This document shows, piece after piece, positions 39,461-52,612 of a DNA stretch of 64,000 nucleotides (within the stretch, counting starts at the first letter, position 1; every line of letters begins with the position of its first letter). Under the pieces are notes generated by a model that saw only the letters and a list, made by a program, of their open reading frames with translations, was not told where the DNA came from and ran no database searches. The position numbers were made by a program, and so were the translations under genes. The DNA lies in NCBI GenBank assembly GCA_013115145.1, contig JAAPAO010000069.1, positions 29,800 through 93,799 on the forward strand. Reading direction: 5' to 3'. This DNA is from Perkinsus chesapeaki ATCC PRA-425. Its lineage: Eukaryota; Protista; Perkinsozoa.

Positions 39461-40108
39461 AGTCGGCGATGATGCCTCCGATAGCCCTAAGCAAAGATAG
39501 TATTATGCTTCTCACACACTACGCCGATCACAATGCTTAGAGCCGAGAACAATAGTACATACCATAGCCGCTTAATATAACTATCACAGCTGCTGTTATA
39601 TAATTTATACAACTGTATTTTACATCACACGGATGGCGAATTTGTACGAAATAGTCCCAAACTTTATTATTTCGACAGTCTTATAGAGGCAAACACGGAG
39701 ATTCAGAATATATCATTGATTTCGTCTAGTTCGATGCGTACGCTAAATTACAGCTGAATCAGCAGTACTTAATATTAAGTACAATTGACTTGCAACATAT
39801 AAAAAGCATATATAAATAAACTGGAGTTCCAACCGCAAAAGGCGATTTGGTGTACAGTAGTACACCACCACCAGCAGCAGCAGCAGTGCGCAAAGTTGGA
39901 GATTTATACATCTGATAATTCACTTCGCGAATCAGTCAGTGTAGAATTCACCATTACACTGTGCACGAAGCAACTCGTAATCAATAGTACGTTTACCGAT
40001 TTCCTACCATTTACCAGTATTATATCAAAAAACATTTCATGCGACCTATACCGCTCTACTGTATAGATCAGGGACAACATGTACACGGTTATATTTACAA
40101 CATTTCTA

Positions 40109-40697
40109 CAGGGTGATGCGAAAAAAAGGGCCCATGCCTCATACTTTTTTGGCACGTGAGAGTTACGAGTGAAGTAAAGTACCAACTTGAAGCTCTTGGT
40201 GAGCTCTTTCTATTGCCTCATCAACCATTGTGATATTCGAACTAGGCTCTGAGTAATGGTTGAACGAAAAAATCGTTACATAGAGAAATGTGCTGGCAGA
40301 ATATGTGAGATACTCGAAATCTGCTTCAAACTCTCGGAGTACGGTCCTGACTTGTTTATCGCTGATGTTCTCGAAAGAACGGGGGAATCCCTTCCTCATG
40401 GTTTTTGCACCACAAACAGGTTTGTCCTCGCGTAGACACATGATAAAATAATGTTTCGCTCCGGTTTGTTGAGCCATTTTTGAATGGATGACACCAAAAC
40501 CGAAGTCTGCCAGCACATTTCTCTATGTAACGATTTTTTCGTTAAGCTACTACTCAGGGTCTTATGCGAATATCGCAATGGTTGACAAGGCCATAGAAAG
40601 AGCTCACCAAGAGCTTCAATTTGGTACTTTACTTCACTCGTAACTCTCACGCGCCAAAAAAATATGAGGCATGGGCCCTTTTTTTCGCATCACCCTG
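40109..40697. mobile_element. 589 bp non-autonomous DNA transposon (MITE) with about 192 bp imperfect TIRs and TA target-site duplication; IS630-Tc1-mariner type
   Basis: TA(40107-8)|CAGGGTGATGCGAAAAAAAGGGCCCATGCCTCATA ... TATGAGGCATGGGCCCTTTTTTTCGCATCACCCTG|TA(40698-9). Arms are 40109-40300 and 40506-40697. Confidence 0.93.
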
Positions 40698-40787
40698 TAC
40701 TATCAAACATTACTATCGTCTGATACTTAACACAGATGAATAGATATATTATTTACGATATTAATGATTATATGATTACAAATATGA

Positions 40788-43000
40788 TCATGACGTATTG
40801 ATACTGCCAGCCTTACCATATTCATCTCCAAGTATCGTACTCTCCTTCTCACCCCCGGACCCCAAACCAGCAGCTTGCTCCTCCTCTACACGCTGACTTC
40901 CCGCTAGCATGCCACTAGATGACGGTGAACCTCCAACAGGCGGGGACTCGGCTGCCGCTGTTGACGAATTGGCAAAATAGGAAGCCAAAGATTCGTTCAT
41001 GTCTCTGAGAAAAATGACCCTGTCTTCCACTTCCCTCCCGAGCAGTAACCTGTGCATACGGTTGTATTAGCATAGCTCAACTCAATATCTTACACAACGA
41101 TCAACTAGACCAAACCGGTATACAGTGCCACTTAACGCTCCTTGAGCCCGAATTAGTTTCCGCTTCCTCTCCTTTTAAGCCTTTTCAAATTGACTTCACT
41201 CAACACCCATAAAGATTCTAACATCCGACAACTGAAGACGATAGTGACTGTTATAATGATCGTAAGTAATAAACGTTAATAAAGCATGCCATGCTACGCA
41301 GTGTTCCCCTCATCCTCTGGGCCAGGCAAGCGACTGAAAAAAACTCGCCACTAAAATAACATAGCGCTTAAGTCTGAGCTCACCTGAGAAATCTAGGTAT
41401 AGTGCCGCTGTCCATTGCCGCTGCAAAAGCCTCCATTCTTTTATCCTTCTCCGAGTGCACCCAGTCCCGGAGCGTATGCACCCTTGCTAGCTCTTGCTGT
41501 TGCCGAATGTCATCTCTCCGATCGATATTACCCACCTAAACATAATACTCAAACCAGAACTGACTCAGACTTCTCGTAAAACGGAACGATGTAAATAGAC
41601 GAATGAACAACTGAGACGGTAGAGTACACACGCCCTGTTTTAAAAAAGTATCGATTTTCGAGCACTTTTCCATGGCCCAGAAATGCCGGATGAGATGTTA
41701 TCTCACTGACCGTCTGCGCAATCGGTTTCATACTAATTCGCTGTCCGTTCGCATCCCACAGGTATTGCGAGGAAGAGCTAGAGTAAGCCTCGAAAGGATG
41801 CCCTTGTCTAGCCGCCTCACTACCCTTTTCCTTTCCTTATTATCCAATCTATCCTGTCGTCTCTGCCTAGCCTGTACACGCTCCTTTATCAATGTCCTCC
41901 GCATATGCTTGCAGTCATCCATTATATCTTCATTCAGGTCATCTGCCTTCTTATGACACTCCACAGCCTTCATCACAGCTTCCGTTGCCCGTATCAGCCA
42001 GTCCTGAACAGCGTCACCAATGACGCCCACTGCATGCCACAAATCTGAACCCTTAGTCGATCGATCCACTTCCGTCAGATACCATTCGAGACCCTAGGGT
42101 ATCCTACCTGCTGTCGAGCTATAATCTTCACCTCTCGACATCGATCTTTATAATCATTTTCGAGAGCTGCCATCCTCAACCGTCGCGCCCTAGCCACATC
42201 GCCACTCAGTTTAGCCTCCCTATACGCTTCCTTTTTGGCAGCTATAGTCTCATCTTCCGCCTAAGAAAGCAGCGATGAGCACCGTGTATGTGCTGGAGGC
42301 TGCCAACACAGATAAAATAGAGATTCATCGCCAATCATGCAAGAATGCTTGCTAATGAAGCCACTGAAGTTCGGTAGACTTCTCCCTAGCTGGCACATCA
42401 AGTCCCAATTGCCTTCAAATAGGCTGCGATTAAATCCCAGTCCCCTAACCCACAGGCAAATGATTAGTCTAAAAACATATCCCGATACTAACACTATCCT
42501 GCATTCATTAATTTCCAACCTCGCTATGCCCATCCATTGCAACATAACCAAACCCTTTAATATCGCACTTTCCACAGTTTCTGTTTCCTCTCTAAACGCT
42601 CTCGATGCTTCTTCCTTATATCATCTTCTCGCCTCTGAACATTAGCCTCCCTTTTACTGTCCAAATGGCCACCTGCCAACATACACTCCCATATCCTCAA
42701 CTGCTCCATGTCCCAACTCACCGTCTGCTCCATCGGAGCCCTGCAGAGATGGTGCTGCCACCATGGAGGCAATCCTCAACTTGACAAATAACAACATCCC
42801 TCCTGCTCTACTATATCAGATGCGGACGGTTTCGTCCCGACAAGAATCTTAACGCTCGCAGCTCTACCTATTACAGCCTCCCATATCATTGCCTGTTGGA
42901 GTGATGCAGCCGAGCGCCCCGCAATATCGTCCTAAGGTGTCCTGCAGAGCGCTACCTTGTCGATCAAAACCAGCTCCGAAGATTCCTATGAGCTTCCGAT
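40788..43000 (-). CDS. Hypothetical multi-exon protein(s), partly charged/helical
   Basis: Collinear minus-strand ORFs (42557-42772, 41728-42069, 40788-41057) with coding-like composition. No family recognised. Confidence 0.3.
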
Positions 43001-43554
43001 TCCGTACGAATCCCTACAGACACAGATCGCGTAAGAGTATACCCTATGAAGTTGAATAGCCCCTACGGCCATGGGCCAGCCACCCCTTCCAATTGAGTAG
43101 GATACGCAACAGCTATCGTATGGAGCTACTAGTCTAACAACACTCCTTCAAAAGCAACCTCAGATAACTTACAATGATAATCAAAGGTAACAGAATTGTA
43201 ATATCGATGCAGAGAATAGCTAAACCATCCGGCACTCAGCCAATATAGCATTCTACACATCTCACTCATCATCATCCAGCATCCACCATAAAGAATAATA
43301 AGACATTGTTCAAAAAGGGATACGTTTAGCAAAGACGATACAATGGAGGCAGATGGAGAGAAGGCAAGGAGACCCTCTAGATGGGGGGCGGGGGCAACCT
43401 AATGTCGTGAACTGCTACACCCCTAGAGAGAGACTAGAGATGTATTAGAAGTACAGGTAAAGAAGTAGGACTGCTTTCCTAGCCTTCCTCTATATCACAT
43501 CCATCATCATCATACTGGTAATATACTACTATCGGCTACTAGGTCAAAATATTC

Positions 43555-44736
43555 CTAATCCTCGTCGACGAGGCGGAGACGCTTCAGGCTCATCATCATC
43601 TCGAAGTCGTATAATCGACACTGAAAGCACCAACATCTCAAACATCCTTCCATCTCGCTATTACCTGCTCTCCCTGACATACCACCTCCTCCTCGCTTAC
43701 TAGGCGGATGATACGACTCCGGATCTCGGAACATCCCGCTCGAGTCCAGCGTACTGTCCATGAACATTCCGCTCGAACAGCTCGAGCCCCCCATAGGACA
43801 ATACATACTCTCCTCAATTGCAGCTTCTTGCTCCAACTCAACCCTAGCCGCAAGATTTGCCTCCGAATCATCTCTTGGAAGCGCCGGAGCATGTAACTCC
43901 GGCAAGTAGGAGAAAAGCATCCCAACACTCGTGTTCTTCGTCATCTCATGGCCCCACTCTCTACTCGCCGAATACGTATTGATCGCCCGCGAAACCAAGG
44001 CGTTGCTGCTAAGTCTCTGCGCCAAATTCCGTATCATCATCCTTGCACGTGCCTGAGCCGCCCCAACTATGGTGGCTTGTCGGCTCTGCCATTGCGCCTC
44101 TAATTTCTCCCTAGCAATCGCCTCAGCCTCCACCGCGGCAGCCTCGACATCGTCATCGAACTGATCATCATCATCTTCGTTCCCGGGCGGTGCCGATAGG
44201 TAGTCTGCCGGATTAAGATACTTTCTCGCCGCATCTCCCGGATCCCTTTCCCTCGTCTCCTGCCTTTGCATTGCCGACATCGTTATGGCTTGAATAGCCA
44301 TAGCTGCGCACACCTCAACAGCCTTAGATCTTAGAATACCCAATTGCCGAACAGATAGGTTATCCAGCTCCTCCGCGGTGAGGCCTCCGGGACACGTGAA
44401 TTTACTGAACAACTCCGACACCCCTCTCTCCCTGCACCTCCGAGAGCAATACGTGAAATCATTCCTCAAGTATATCGGCCGATGGGCTTTAATTCTCTTA
44501 ATGCAACTATAACAATCGAAGGTCCGCCTCGCCGTTCCCTCATAGTCCCTATGATGCCTTCTACACTTCCTCTTCCTCCCCTTATTCCCCCTATGCATCT
44601 GCCTATTACCACTATCACTATCCATAGACGCCAGCGAGGAACACGATGACCGTGCGGTAGTTGGCATCGAGAAGGACTTCGTTATCGTCGGCAGCGGCGA
44701 CGAATGCATTATTTGGGTTGGACCCGAAAATGACAT
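43555..44736 (-). CDS. Protein with an FCS-like (FLZ-type) C4 zinc finger; long largely intron-free ORF
   Basis: 393 aa ORF containing CYSC-x17-YCSRRCR (CIKRIKAHRPIYLRNDFTYCSRRCR), preceded by a Ser-rich N-terminus and a basic tract. Confidence 0.65.
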   Translation of the reverse strand: MSFSGPTQIMHSSPLPTITKSFSMPTTARSSCSSLASMDSDSGNRQMHRGNKGRKRKCRRHHRDYEGTARRTFDCYSCIKRIKAHRPIYLRNDFTYCSRRCRERGVSELFSKFTCPGGLTAEELDNLSVRQLGILRSKAVEVCAAMAIQAITMSAMQRQETRERDPGDAARKYLNPADYLSAPPGNEDDDDQFDDDVEAAAVEAEAIAREKLEAQWQSRQATIVGAAQARARMMIRNLAQRLSSNALVSRAINTYSASREWGHEMTKNTSVGMLFSYLPELHAPALPRDDSEANLAARVELEQEAAIEESMYCPMGGSSCSSGMFMDSTLDSSGMFRDPESYHPPSKRGGGGMSGRAGNSEMEGCLRCWCFQCRLYDFEMMMSLKRLRLVDED

Positions 44737-45072
44737 TAAAAACTTTTCAATTGCTGCCGACCACTAAACCTGCTTCACTTCCAAACCACTCCATAGCAAT
44801 TCCTCTGCTAACAACTGTAAGATTTTCAGGGGGGCGAAGCACCTTTTCTAAAGATACTCCCAAAGTTGTTTTCTCCCCGAAGAAACGTCCTCTACCGCTC
44901 TTTACTTTCACTAGACTTCTGGATTAGCCTATATAACAGAAATTCACCGACGACGACCAACAGAATTAAGGGCGAGCGCGCTAACCTTGCGCTGAAGGAA
45001 AGTGAAACGGTTATAAGATTCTTGCAAGGTTGATTAACACCAATCTGTAGGATGGGTGGAAACTCATTAGAT

Positions 45073-46625
45073 TCAGCTAGACACATCGTGATCGAAGTCT
45101 TCCTCCTCGTACTCGCCAGGCTTTAACACTTTGACACCCTTCGACACTGTGCACTTGACCATTTTAATGTCGTCACCAACGACACATTCCTGACAACACA
45201 CTTTAGGTCAACGAACAACACTAAAATCCTACCTCTGACAGAACACAATCTTGCACCGTGCATCCGCTGCCGACAGAGCTGCCTTTCATCACTACAGACT
45301 TTGTCACTCGGCTTTTATCTGAAGCCCTCTAAACGACGCAGCAACTTACATCATACTTACCGGCTATAGTGACTGAGTCACCAAGCACTGTGTTCTTAAC
45401 CACAGTACCATCTCCCACTGTAGAGGATGCTCCATAGAGAACACCCTTAACACTACTGCGGTCATGTTTCAACTTCTGCTGGTTGAAGTGCAGCAAAGTA
45501 TCCACTCCCTTTACTCTACTCTTGCACGGGTCCAGTGATGGTGACTCGTTAGGGCCTCTAAGTACCACCTGCCCTCATGCGTGTCACCACCATATCGCCG
45601 CCCCCCCCCTCACTACCTTATAGCCCTTATCCACCATCCACGGTACAAATCCGTCCCTCAGATTCCGATCCACCTCATCCTCATCAGCCATAAAGGCCTT
45701 CAGCCTCTCCAGTATATGCGGCCCCATAAAGTAGCATCCGGTGTCCACCAGATTTCTGACCAGAGTTACATCTCCTTCACGGAAGATGCTCGACAACCGC
45801 AACTGCAAGCTGCCATCGAAGGAGACATCCTCGGATGACTTCAACGCGACTACAACCTAAAGCGCAGATACCCCACCCGATAGCGCCACCTTTACCTTAT
45901 CCTTGCTACCGTACGCAGTGTACGTGAACTCATCTGGGACCTCTTTAACACCTGAATGGGTATCAAACGATGAAAGGCTAGTAGCAGCAAGGCCCTACGT
46001 GCCATTGAAAGCACCACCTCCGCCTCTTCGGCAGCTCCTATGTCGCTCGACCATTGGCCCATATAATCACCATATCCAACCTGACCAACGACCCTTCTCC
46101 ACAATGGCTGCGTAAGGGAGATTCACCAGGCATGAGCTGCACTGTAGGTCCTTCCGTCGTTCAAATACACCAAGCAGAGCCTCAGCTGCTGGAGCCTCCG
46201 AGGGTGCGCCTATCAAGCATTCTCAGTCACTATTATCCTTAACGGGCCACAACTTGCTCGGCGTACTATAGAAGTGCCCCACCGTATTATACCCTAACAT
46301 ACTACCTTCCACAGACACTTCAACACCATTAAACACTTGTCGGTGCTCAGCTACAGATGTTTCCAATGCCTCCACATGCTCACTCCATGCAATCAACACC
46401 ACTCGGCTCACCAACGGGGAGGATGTCAACGCTCCCACTGCGTAACTGTTCAGAGATCCTTCACTATAATGATCCTCCGTAAACCCACCTATATAGAGGC
46501 CTATTGGCTACAGGTAGTAAAGGCTTAGGGATACCAGTCCCAGCCAGGGAGGGGTCAGAGGAATCATCCGAAACACCTCCGCACAAAAGTATGCCCACCG
46601 GCAGTTCTGATGTTCCGTTAGGCAT
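45073..46625 (-). CDS. EIF2B3: Translation initiation factor eIF2B gamma subunit (nucleotidyltransferase-like plus LbH domains)
   Basis: GILLCGG..GIPKPLLPVANRPLY, LQLRLSSIFREGDVTLVRNLVDTGCYFM..NLRDGFVPWMV, and a hexapeptide-repeat C-terminus (VVKNTVLGDSVTI, TVQDCVL, ECVVGDDIK). Confidence 0.8.
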
Positions 46626-46788
46626 AATAAAACCAACAGCTCAACTCACTCCTAGAATCCTATTGAGCTCAAATGCATCTTTATTTGGTAGAAACGATAG
46701 AGAACATCTACAGTATTATCGTTGGTATAAGGATTGACGTATAAGCAGGTCACCATCAACCTGCACTGCTGCCGCTGCCACCAGCTCA

Positions 46789-49271
46789 TCATCCAAGCTT
46801 GACACTCTTTTTGACATTGGTTCGTAGACCAGTAGCTTCGCCCGAATAAGTACCATCGGCGTTTCCCTCCCGCACTTCCTGTACTGCACCCTTCCGACGC
46901 TTAAGAGCTCGCTCGTATCGATTCCTGTTCTTGACACGAGCGTTGCGATCCTCCTTCTTGCGCTTCCGCGTAAGACCCTTGTTCTTATTAATGGCGTAAT
47001 TGGTCGAACGGAGATCAACTTCATTCTAAAACACGACGAGTTTCGACACATTCCACCATGTCCCAAGCCACTACCTCCTCCTCAGGCATGAAGGCCCGCG
47101 CCTTGGAGGCCAGCGCCGATTTCTTAGCGACCCTTTTGGCCTCACGATTCTTCCTCGCCTTTCGCATGAGGGACGGCTCCATCTCTCCCTCGTCTTCACC
47201 ATCATTATTCGGCACCTACGCATAGCAACAATCATTACTAACTCTTATGCTCATAAAGAGAGCAGATACGACCCGCAAGATACCGGCTCCCCCCTTAATC
47301 TCCATATAGCCATCCCTACTACCTCAGCCGCCCGTTCTTCCTCCTCTTCCATGGCTGCCCGTATATCCCTCATAGACATACCCTTACGTATCTCAACATC
47401 ATCATCTCCCCCAGCCTTACGACCAGAGGCGGCTTCCTCAACCTATACCAAAGATTCTAACCCTTCTCCTACTACAATCCTCACCTGTTTGGCCGAGTTT
47501 AGAATATCCGCAAGTGCCGTCCTCCTATCGACCAAGTCCTCCACTTCAGCAACCTCATCTAGACTAACTGATCCAGCTCCAGCGTAACTACGATAACGAA
47601 ATAATCCCACTATATCACCCGTTAACGTTCCCTAATTATGACCCTTCCAAACAAAGTGAAGGGAAACCTTCCGTGGAGTTCGATAAAGCGTGGGTACTTT
47701 GGAAATACGTGTAGAAATCCCCAGCTTAATATTACCCCTTTCCTCCCTTAACCTTGGCACGGAGCTTTCCAAGGCTCTTCTTGCTAGTCTTCATCTTAGG
47801 CTGTAACATCAATTCTGCAGCATCTTCCTCATCATCCCTAGCTGCCATCTTCGCCAAGATATTTTCCTGGTCAAGTTGATCGCCGTTGACAGCCTTTTCG
47901 GGTTTGCTCTTGCCCAGAAGCTTCACAAGATCCGCCTTCGACACCTTCACTGATACCTCTCCCTCTTCCTCCTCAACGCCCTCCTCGCCATCTTCACTCT
48001 CACCCTCACTACCATCAATTTCTTCATCCTCCGGCACGGCCATGTTAACCCCAAGCCTAGTCAGTACCTCATCAAGATATCCCATATCAGCATCAGCCTC
48101 TGCCGTCGCAGCTCGACTTAGCAGCTCCTCAATCTGGTCCTGCACTCCTTCCTCAATCGGTGTCAGCCTCTCCAGCATCGCTTTAGTACTCGCAATCTTG
48201 CCGATTACGGGATGCTTTCTAACGCTTCCTCCCTTAGCCTTCAACATGAAGTAGTAGCTCAAGTAGCTCAGATACGACAGCAGCAATTGAAGCTTCGCCT
48301 CCACAAACGTCATACCACCCTTGCCCGCCGGTGGGGGCATCTTGCGGACGGCATCCACGAGGTCTCTTGCTTCATCCGCCAGGTTAAGGGCGCCCTCGCG
48401 ATACTGCTGAACCAGAGCCTCGAGCTCCGGACTTTCCTTCAAAGCCAACCTCCGTCGTTCACTCTGCGAAAGACCGCCCTTCAGCTTCTTGGGAGCTACA
48501 GCAGGTCCCTTAAAACTGATATCTCCGACGGCGAAGTCAAAGTCATCAGCATCGTCCTCGGAATCCTCCCCCTCAGATGCTGCTGTCTTCTCCTCAGTAG
48601 AGGCTTCGGTATGAACACCTTCGTCCCCGGCAAGCTCTTCCACCTGGGAGACACCTCATTGTCCGATAAAACGTAGACCTTCTTTATTACCAATTCGGCA
48701 GTCTTCTTTGGTAGCAGCTTAGCTCGAGACAAAGCAGCTTTCTTGGCCTCCTCTAACTGGAGCTCTTCAGCCTCGGAAGATTCATCTTCAGATTCGCTAC
48801 CTGAGCCCCGTGGTGCCCCAAACCCGGTCCATACCCTTCCCGGTAGTACCATAGAAATCTCTGTCGCGTTTCCCCCAAGCCAAGCGATCATCAGTGTCAT
48901 CTGCCTTTCCCTCTTCCTCTTCGGCAAAGGCCTGCCACAGTAACCAATTTCATCGCCCCCGAAGTCCTGAGATGATGCGTACCTCAGCGACCTCCTCTTG
49001 AGCATCATCCTGGCTTCCTATGCTCATAACGTCGACTTCCTCATCCCCCTCGAGATCAGAGAAGTCATTCCTTTCATCTAAACACAGTCAGCAATCCCTT
49101 CATCAAATCCGGAGGTCCTTGGCAGTACCATCTCCACCGATCATATCGAGACCAAGGTCACTTGAAGCATCGGACAGTACTGAAAGCAAAACCTACAAAA
49201 TCTACAGCTCCACAATGCGCACCATCTTCCATTGGCTCGACTTGCCGTTTGCCTCCCTTACGCTTCACCAT
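46789..49271 (-). CDS. SAS10: SAS10/UTP3 U3 snoRNP (SSU processome) protein
   Basis: Acidic N-terminus, a Sas10/Utp3/C1D domain (GMTFVEAKLQLLLSYLSYLSYYFMLKAKGGSVRKHPVIGKI) and the Sas10 C-terminal domain (DRNARVKNRNRYERA..YSGEATGLRTNVKKSVKLG*). Confidence 0.92.
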
Positions 49272-49815
49272 AATGTGAAAAGGGAAAATTGAACTGCCAG
49301 AAAATATCAAAAACTCCTTGACAAAATCCAAGACCGATTCACAGCGGCTTCGTACACGTATAAGACAGTTTTATAACCGATACCGAGTTCGAGAATTGAT
49401 CCGGAATGGGTCTTCACTGGGAACGTCTCGTGTAGGGGCGCGCGCGTAGCTTTCGGCAAAGGGCTTCAAATTAGACAAGTTATGGTGATTTTTCTGGAGA
49501 CTGCAGCGGCGGCGTCACGCTCACACGTTTCTGAGGCTAATTAGAAACAACTCAGGAAGATTCTGGTGGAGTTATGCAAAAGATACCCCAATGCAAGCTT
49601 AACCTTGCAGTCTGCAGCGAAGGTCAAATTGGCGTCGGCCGTTACAGTGGAAGTGTTTTTACGCTGCCGTATCTTTTACATTATCCTTCGAGTATCTTCT
49701 AAATTTATTCAGGGCAAGTTACGCCACATGTTCATTACAGCGGGCTCTACGCTGGAAGCAGCATCAGCTGCCTACGGTCGGAGAACTGGCAAACTCAGCT
49801 TGATTCCCCTGTAGC

Positions 49816-52015
49816 ATGTCCTCCCCTTACAACGAAGCCTTCGTGGAAGAGGTCACCAATCGGGTAATCAGCTAGTCCTTACATCGCAAACACTCATCAT
49901 CTCATCATTCAGGCAACTGCCTTAATAAACCGACGCTTCGATTTCCTAACGACAGAGTTAGCTACTCTAAATGAGCGCCTTGCCGCCCAGCTCAGAGATC
50001 GGCGACGAAGCCTGAGTAGTCAGGCTGATGACGAGGACCTAGAAATGCCGACTCGTGCTAGCTCGAGAGATGTATCATATATACAAGCGACTGCAGGACC
50101 GGCCTCACCCGACGAAGCTCCATTCGTGGATACCTCACCTGGGACTCGGTCGGACCTCGGCTCACCTCGCCGTAAGAATCGGCCTTATAGAGAGCGAAAT
50201 TGTGATACTTTCCGCCGACAGGCCTCCAACTTCCCAACGCCTTCAATAATGCCCCCAGCGAGTTTCTGGCTCCCGCGGCACAACTCACTAAAGATTCCTT
50301 CCAGACATCGCAGCGAAATCGTGGTAACATAGCACTAGAGAGCTACCAGTCGCAGAAAGGTTTCAGGTGAGAGCTCCTCTGTTCTGCTGGAACCACCTCA
50401 CCATGGTCATTCGCTCAAGTAACGGCTTAGGGCCATTCTCGCCACCACAAACACTGTCAGGCGCCTTGTAGGAGGGAATCACTTTCCAGATGATATTTTC
50501 CGAGGGATAGGGAAGCTTATCGGCATCATACCGTGGAGCACGCAGACTCGACTTCACCGTGCTCTCTCAGTAAGGGTTTCGGATGCCCATGGTGCCTCTT
50601 GAATACAAGGGGGGAGCGATTTACTGCAGGCCCTGTACATGTTGTCAATTTCCGCCGTCCTGATCTACTGTGCTGGGAAGAAGCTTACTATCCTGATCAA
50701 CGGCGGAAAGTTACTTGCGATCAACGCCATTGTGAGATTCACATCTTACCTGTCTCCTCCATCTCGACGTTAATGTCAGATTAATGACCTATTAGCCTTT
50801 TACGCGCACGTCTATCTTGTCCAGTCGTTTTGGGAAGAAGATAACATGTAGGCGCGCGAGTACCAGGGTCGTCGGAAAGTTGTCCAGTTGATAAGCATCG
50901 ATAACATGAACCTCTACAAGGTGTATACAATCTTCAATTTCAGGATTGTCACTATTTATGAGTACCTAGAGGCCAACAACGTGAGGATATCATCCTGGTC
51001 AAGACGGCAAAGCCTACTCGGGGGTTTAGCGGCCATCTACATCATCAGCTTTACAATCTGTAAGCTGCTAACCCTCTCTTAAGCTGCAGTGTCCACTTTG
51101 ATTGGGTGCCCTTTCTCACACCTTCACACAACTTTACACTATCTCAGTATTGTGTGGTACCAAGAAGCTATCTGTCTTTAGTTTTGGGGAAGGCCTCGGG
51201 CAGATCATGATAACAGCAGTAAGTTACTCGGCTGCACATCTCAAGAATCGGTTGAACTAGGTTATGCTTTTCTGCGCCACAGTAGTATCCTTCGGCTCTT
51301 TCGCTACCGGCAAGTTGGAGAAGTTAGCTCAGGAGGACCAATCGCTCGAAAAGATTTTAATCGACTTCAACGCGCTATGTCATCTAATGCACAAAGTAAA
51401 GCCGCCTGATGCCATGTGTCTATCGCTAAGGTAGCCTCAGGCCTCCCGGAGCATCGAGCAGCCTGTCCTCGTAATGGGGAACGTCGGCCTAGCCTCAGCG
51501 GGTCTCATAGTGTTCGTCACCCTTAGAGAGATGCCTTTAGCACAGTGCAGTGAGTCTCCCAGCTGACTGAGTTATCAGTGAAACTATGTTCAGTTCCCAA
51601 AATCGTCGCCACGTCCTTCGTATTGGTGACATCGGCGGCTCTACTATACGTGGTTGCCAGCGTGAACCTCAAATTTAAGCATCTACCTGTGGCTGCCAGT
51701 ACGAATAACTTTGGCCGTGAAATCGACCATGATAAATGGTGTGTTGTGAGTTTAATGAAAATGACTGAAGGAGGCTTCGATCTGTAAGTTCATCACAGGA
51801 AACTGGTTCGGGAACCACCCTCGGACGAGCAGCATCTAGTCGGTTTGGTTACTTTGCACTGCTCTGCACGATGAATTTTCATCACGAGTGCTTGGATTGT
51901 AGCTCGCGCCCTCAGGTACGGCTCATATATATCACTTGAAACGACAATGAAGATAACTTGGTTGGTGATAGTATCTCTCAGCTCCATGCTCATGCGAGCA
52001 TCGGGGAACATGTAA
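49816..52015 (+). CDS. 7-TM protein, gustatory-receptor-like / DUF3537-like (7TMIC candidate), paralog 1
   Basis: Hand-spliced model: MSSPYNEAFVEEVTNR|ATALINRRF.. ..IGKLIGIIPWS..RALS|ALYMLSISAVLIYCAG..AI|INDLLAFYAHVYLVQSFW..M|..SLLGGLAAIYIISFTI|LLCG..GEGLGQIMITA|VMLFCATVVSFGSFA..LEKILIDFNALCHLMHK|ASRSIEQPVLVMGNVGLASAGLIVFVTLR..|IPKIVATSFVLVTSAALLYVVASVNLKFK..KWCVVSLMKMTEGGFDL|YGSYISLETTMKITWLVIVSLSSMLMRASGNM*. Seven hydrophobic segments are present. The family assignment is from remembered pattern similarity only. Confidence 0.7.
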
Positions 52016-52612
52016 ATGTCCATGTGTAGTTCTCACCGCTCCAGACTAATATCTGGTGGTAACTTGAAGATCTACTGTTATTACAACCTTCCTTATGTGG
52101 TTATTTGACCTCTCGATGTATTAATTGGCTTGCAACTTACCTACCAGAGCCGGTATCGTCGGTGTTCCCATTCCTAAGTCATGGAACAACCGACCACCAT
52201 CTGGCATTCCTTGTGTAATGTCCATGATCTAGTGCAGCACGTCGTAAAGCATCAATCTCATGAGCCTTTTTTGTTGAGCTGCCCTCGGCATCGTTATCTT
52301 TTACCTTCACGTACTGACCTGCTACTTCTAGACCTTTCCCGTAGGTGAACTTTATGCAGTTGCGCATCTTGTTTTCATAGTAATAGCTTTAGTCGTATTA
52401 TATTATCACTTGTCCTTAATGTCCTTATATTGATATATTAACTCGAATAGGCCGTATTAACGAATATAAATTTATATTATCATTATACCTGATATCATAT
52501 ACTTAGAAATTTTTAGACATCGCCTTCACGGTGAAGGTTGAAGGAGGTGAAGCCTTCACCTTCTCATCATTTCCTCACTACACCTAGGCCATCTCGGTAG
52601 TGTATATTTTTC

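Noticed and set aside
49420-49480. GC-rich stretch with stem potential that looked tRNA-like
   Set aside because: No cloverleaf, no D-loop or GTTCRA T-loop in register; it lies in the divergent SAS10/7-TM promoter gap.
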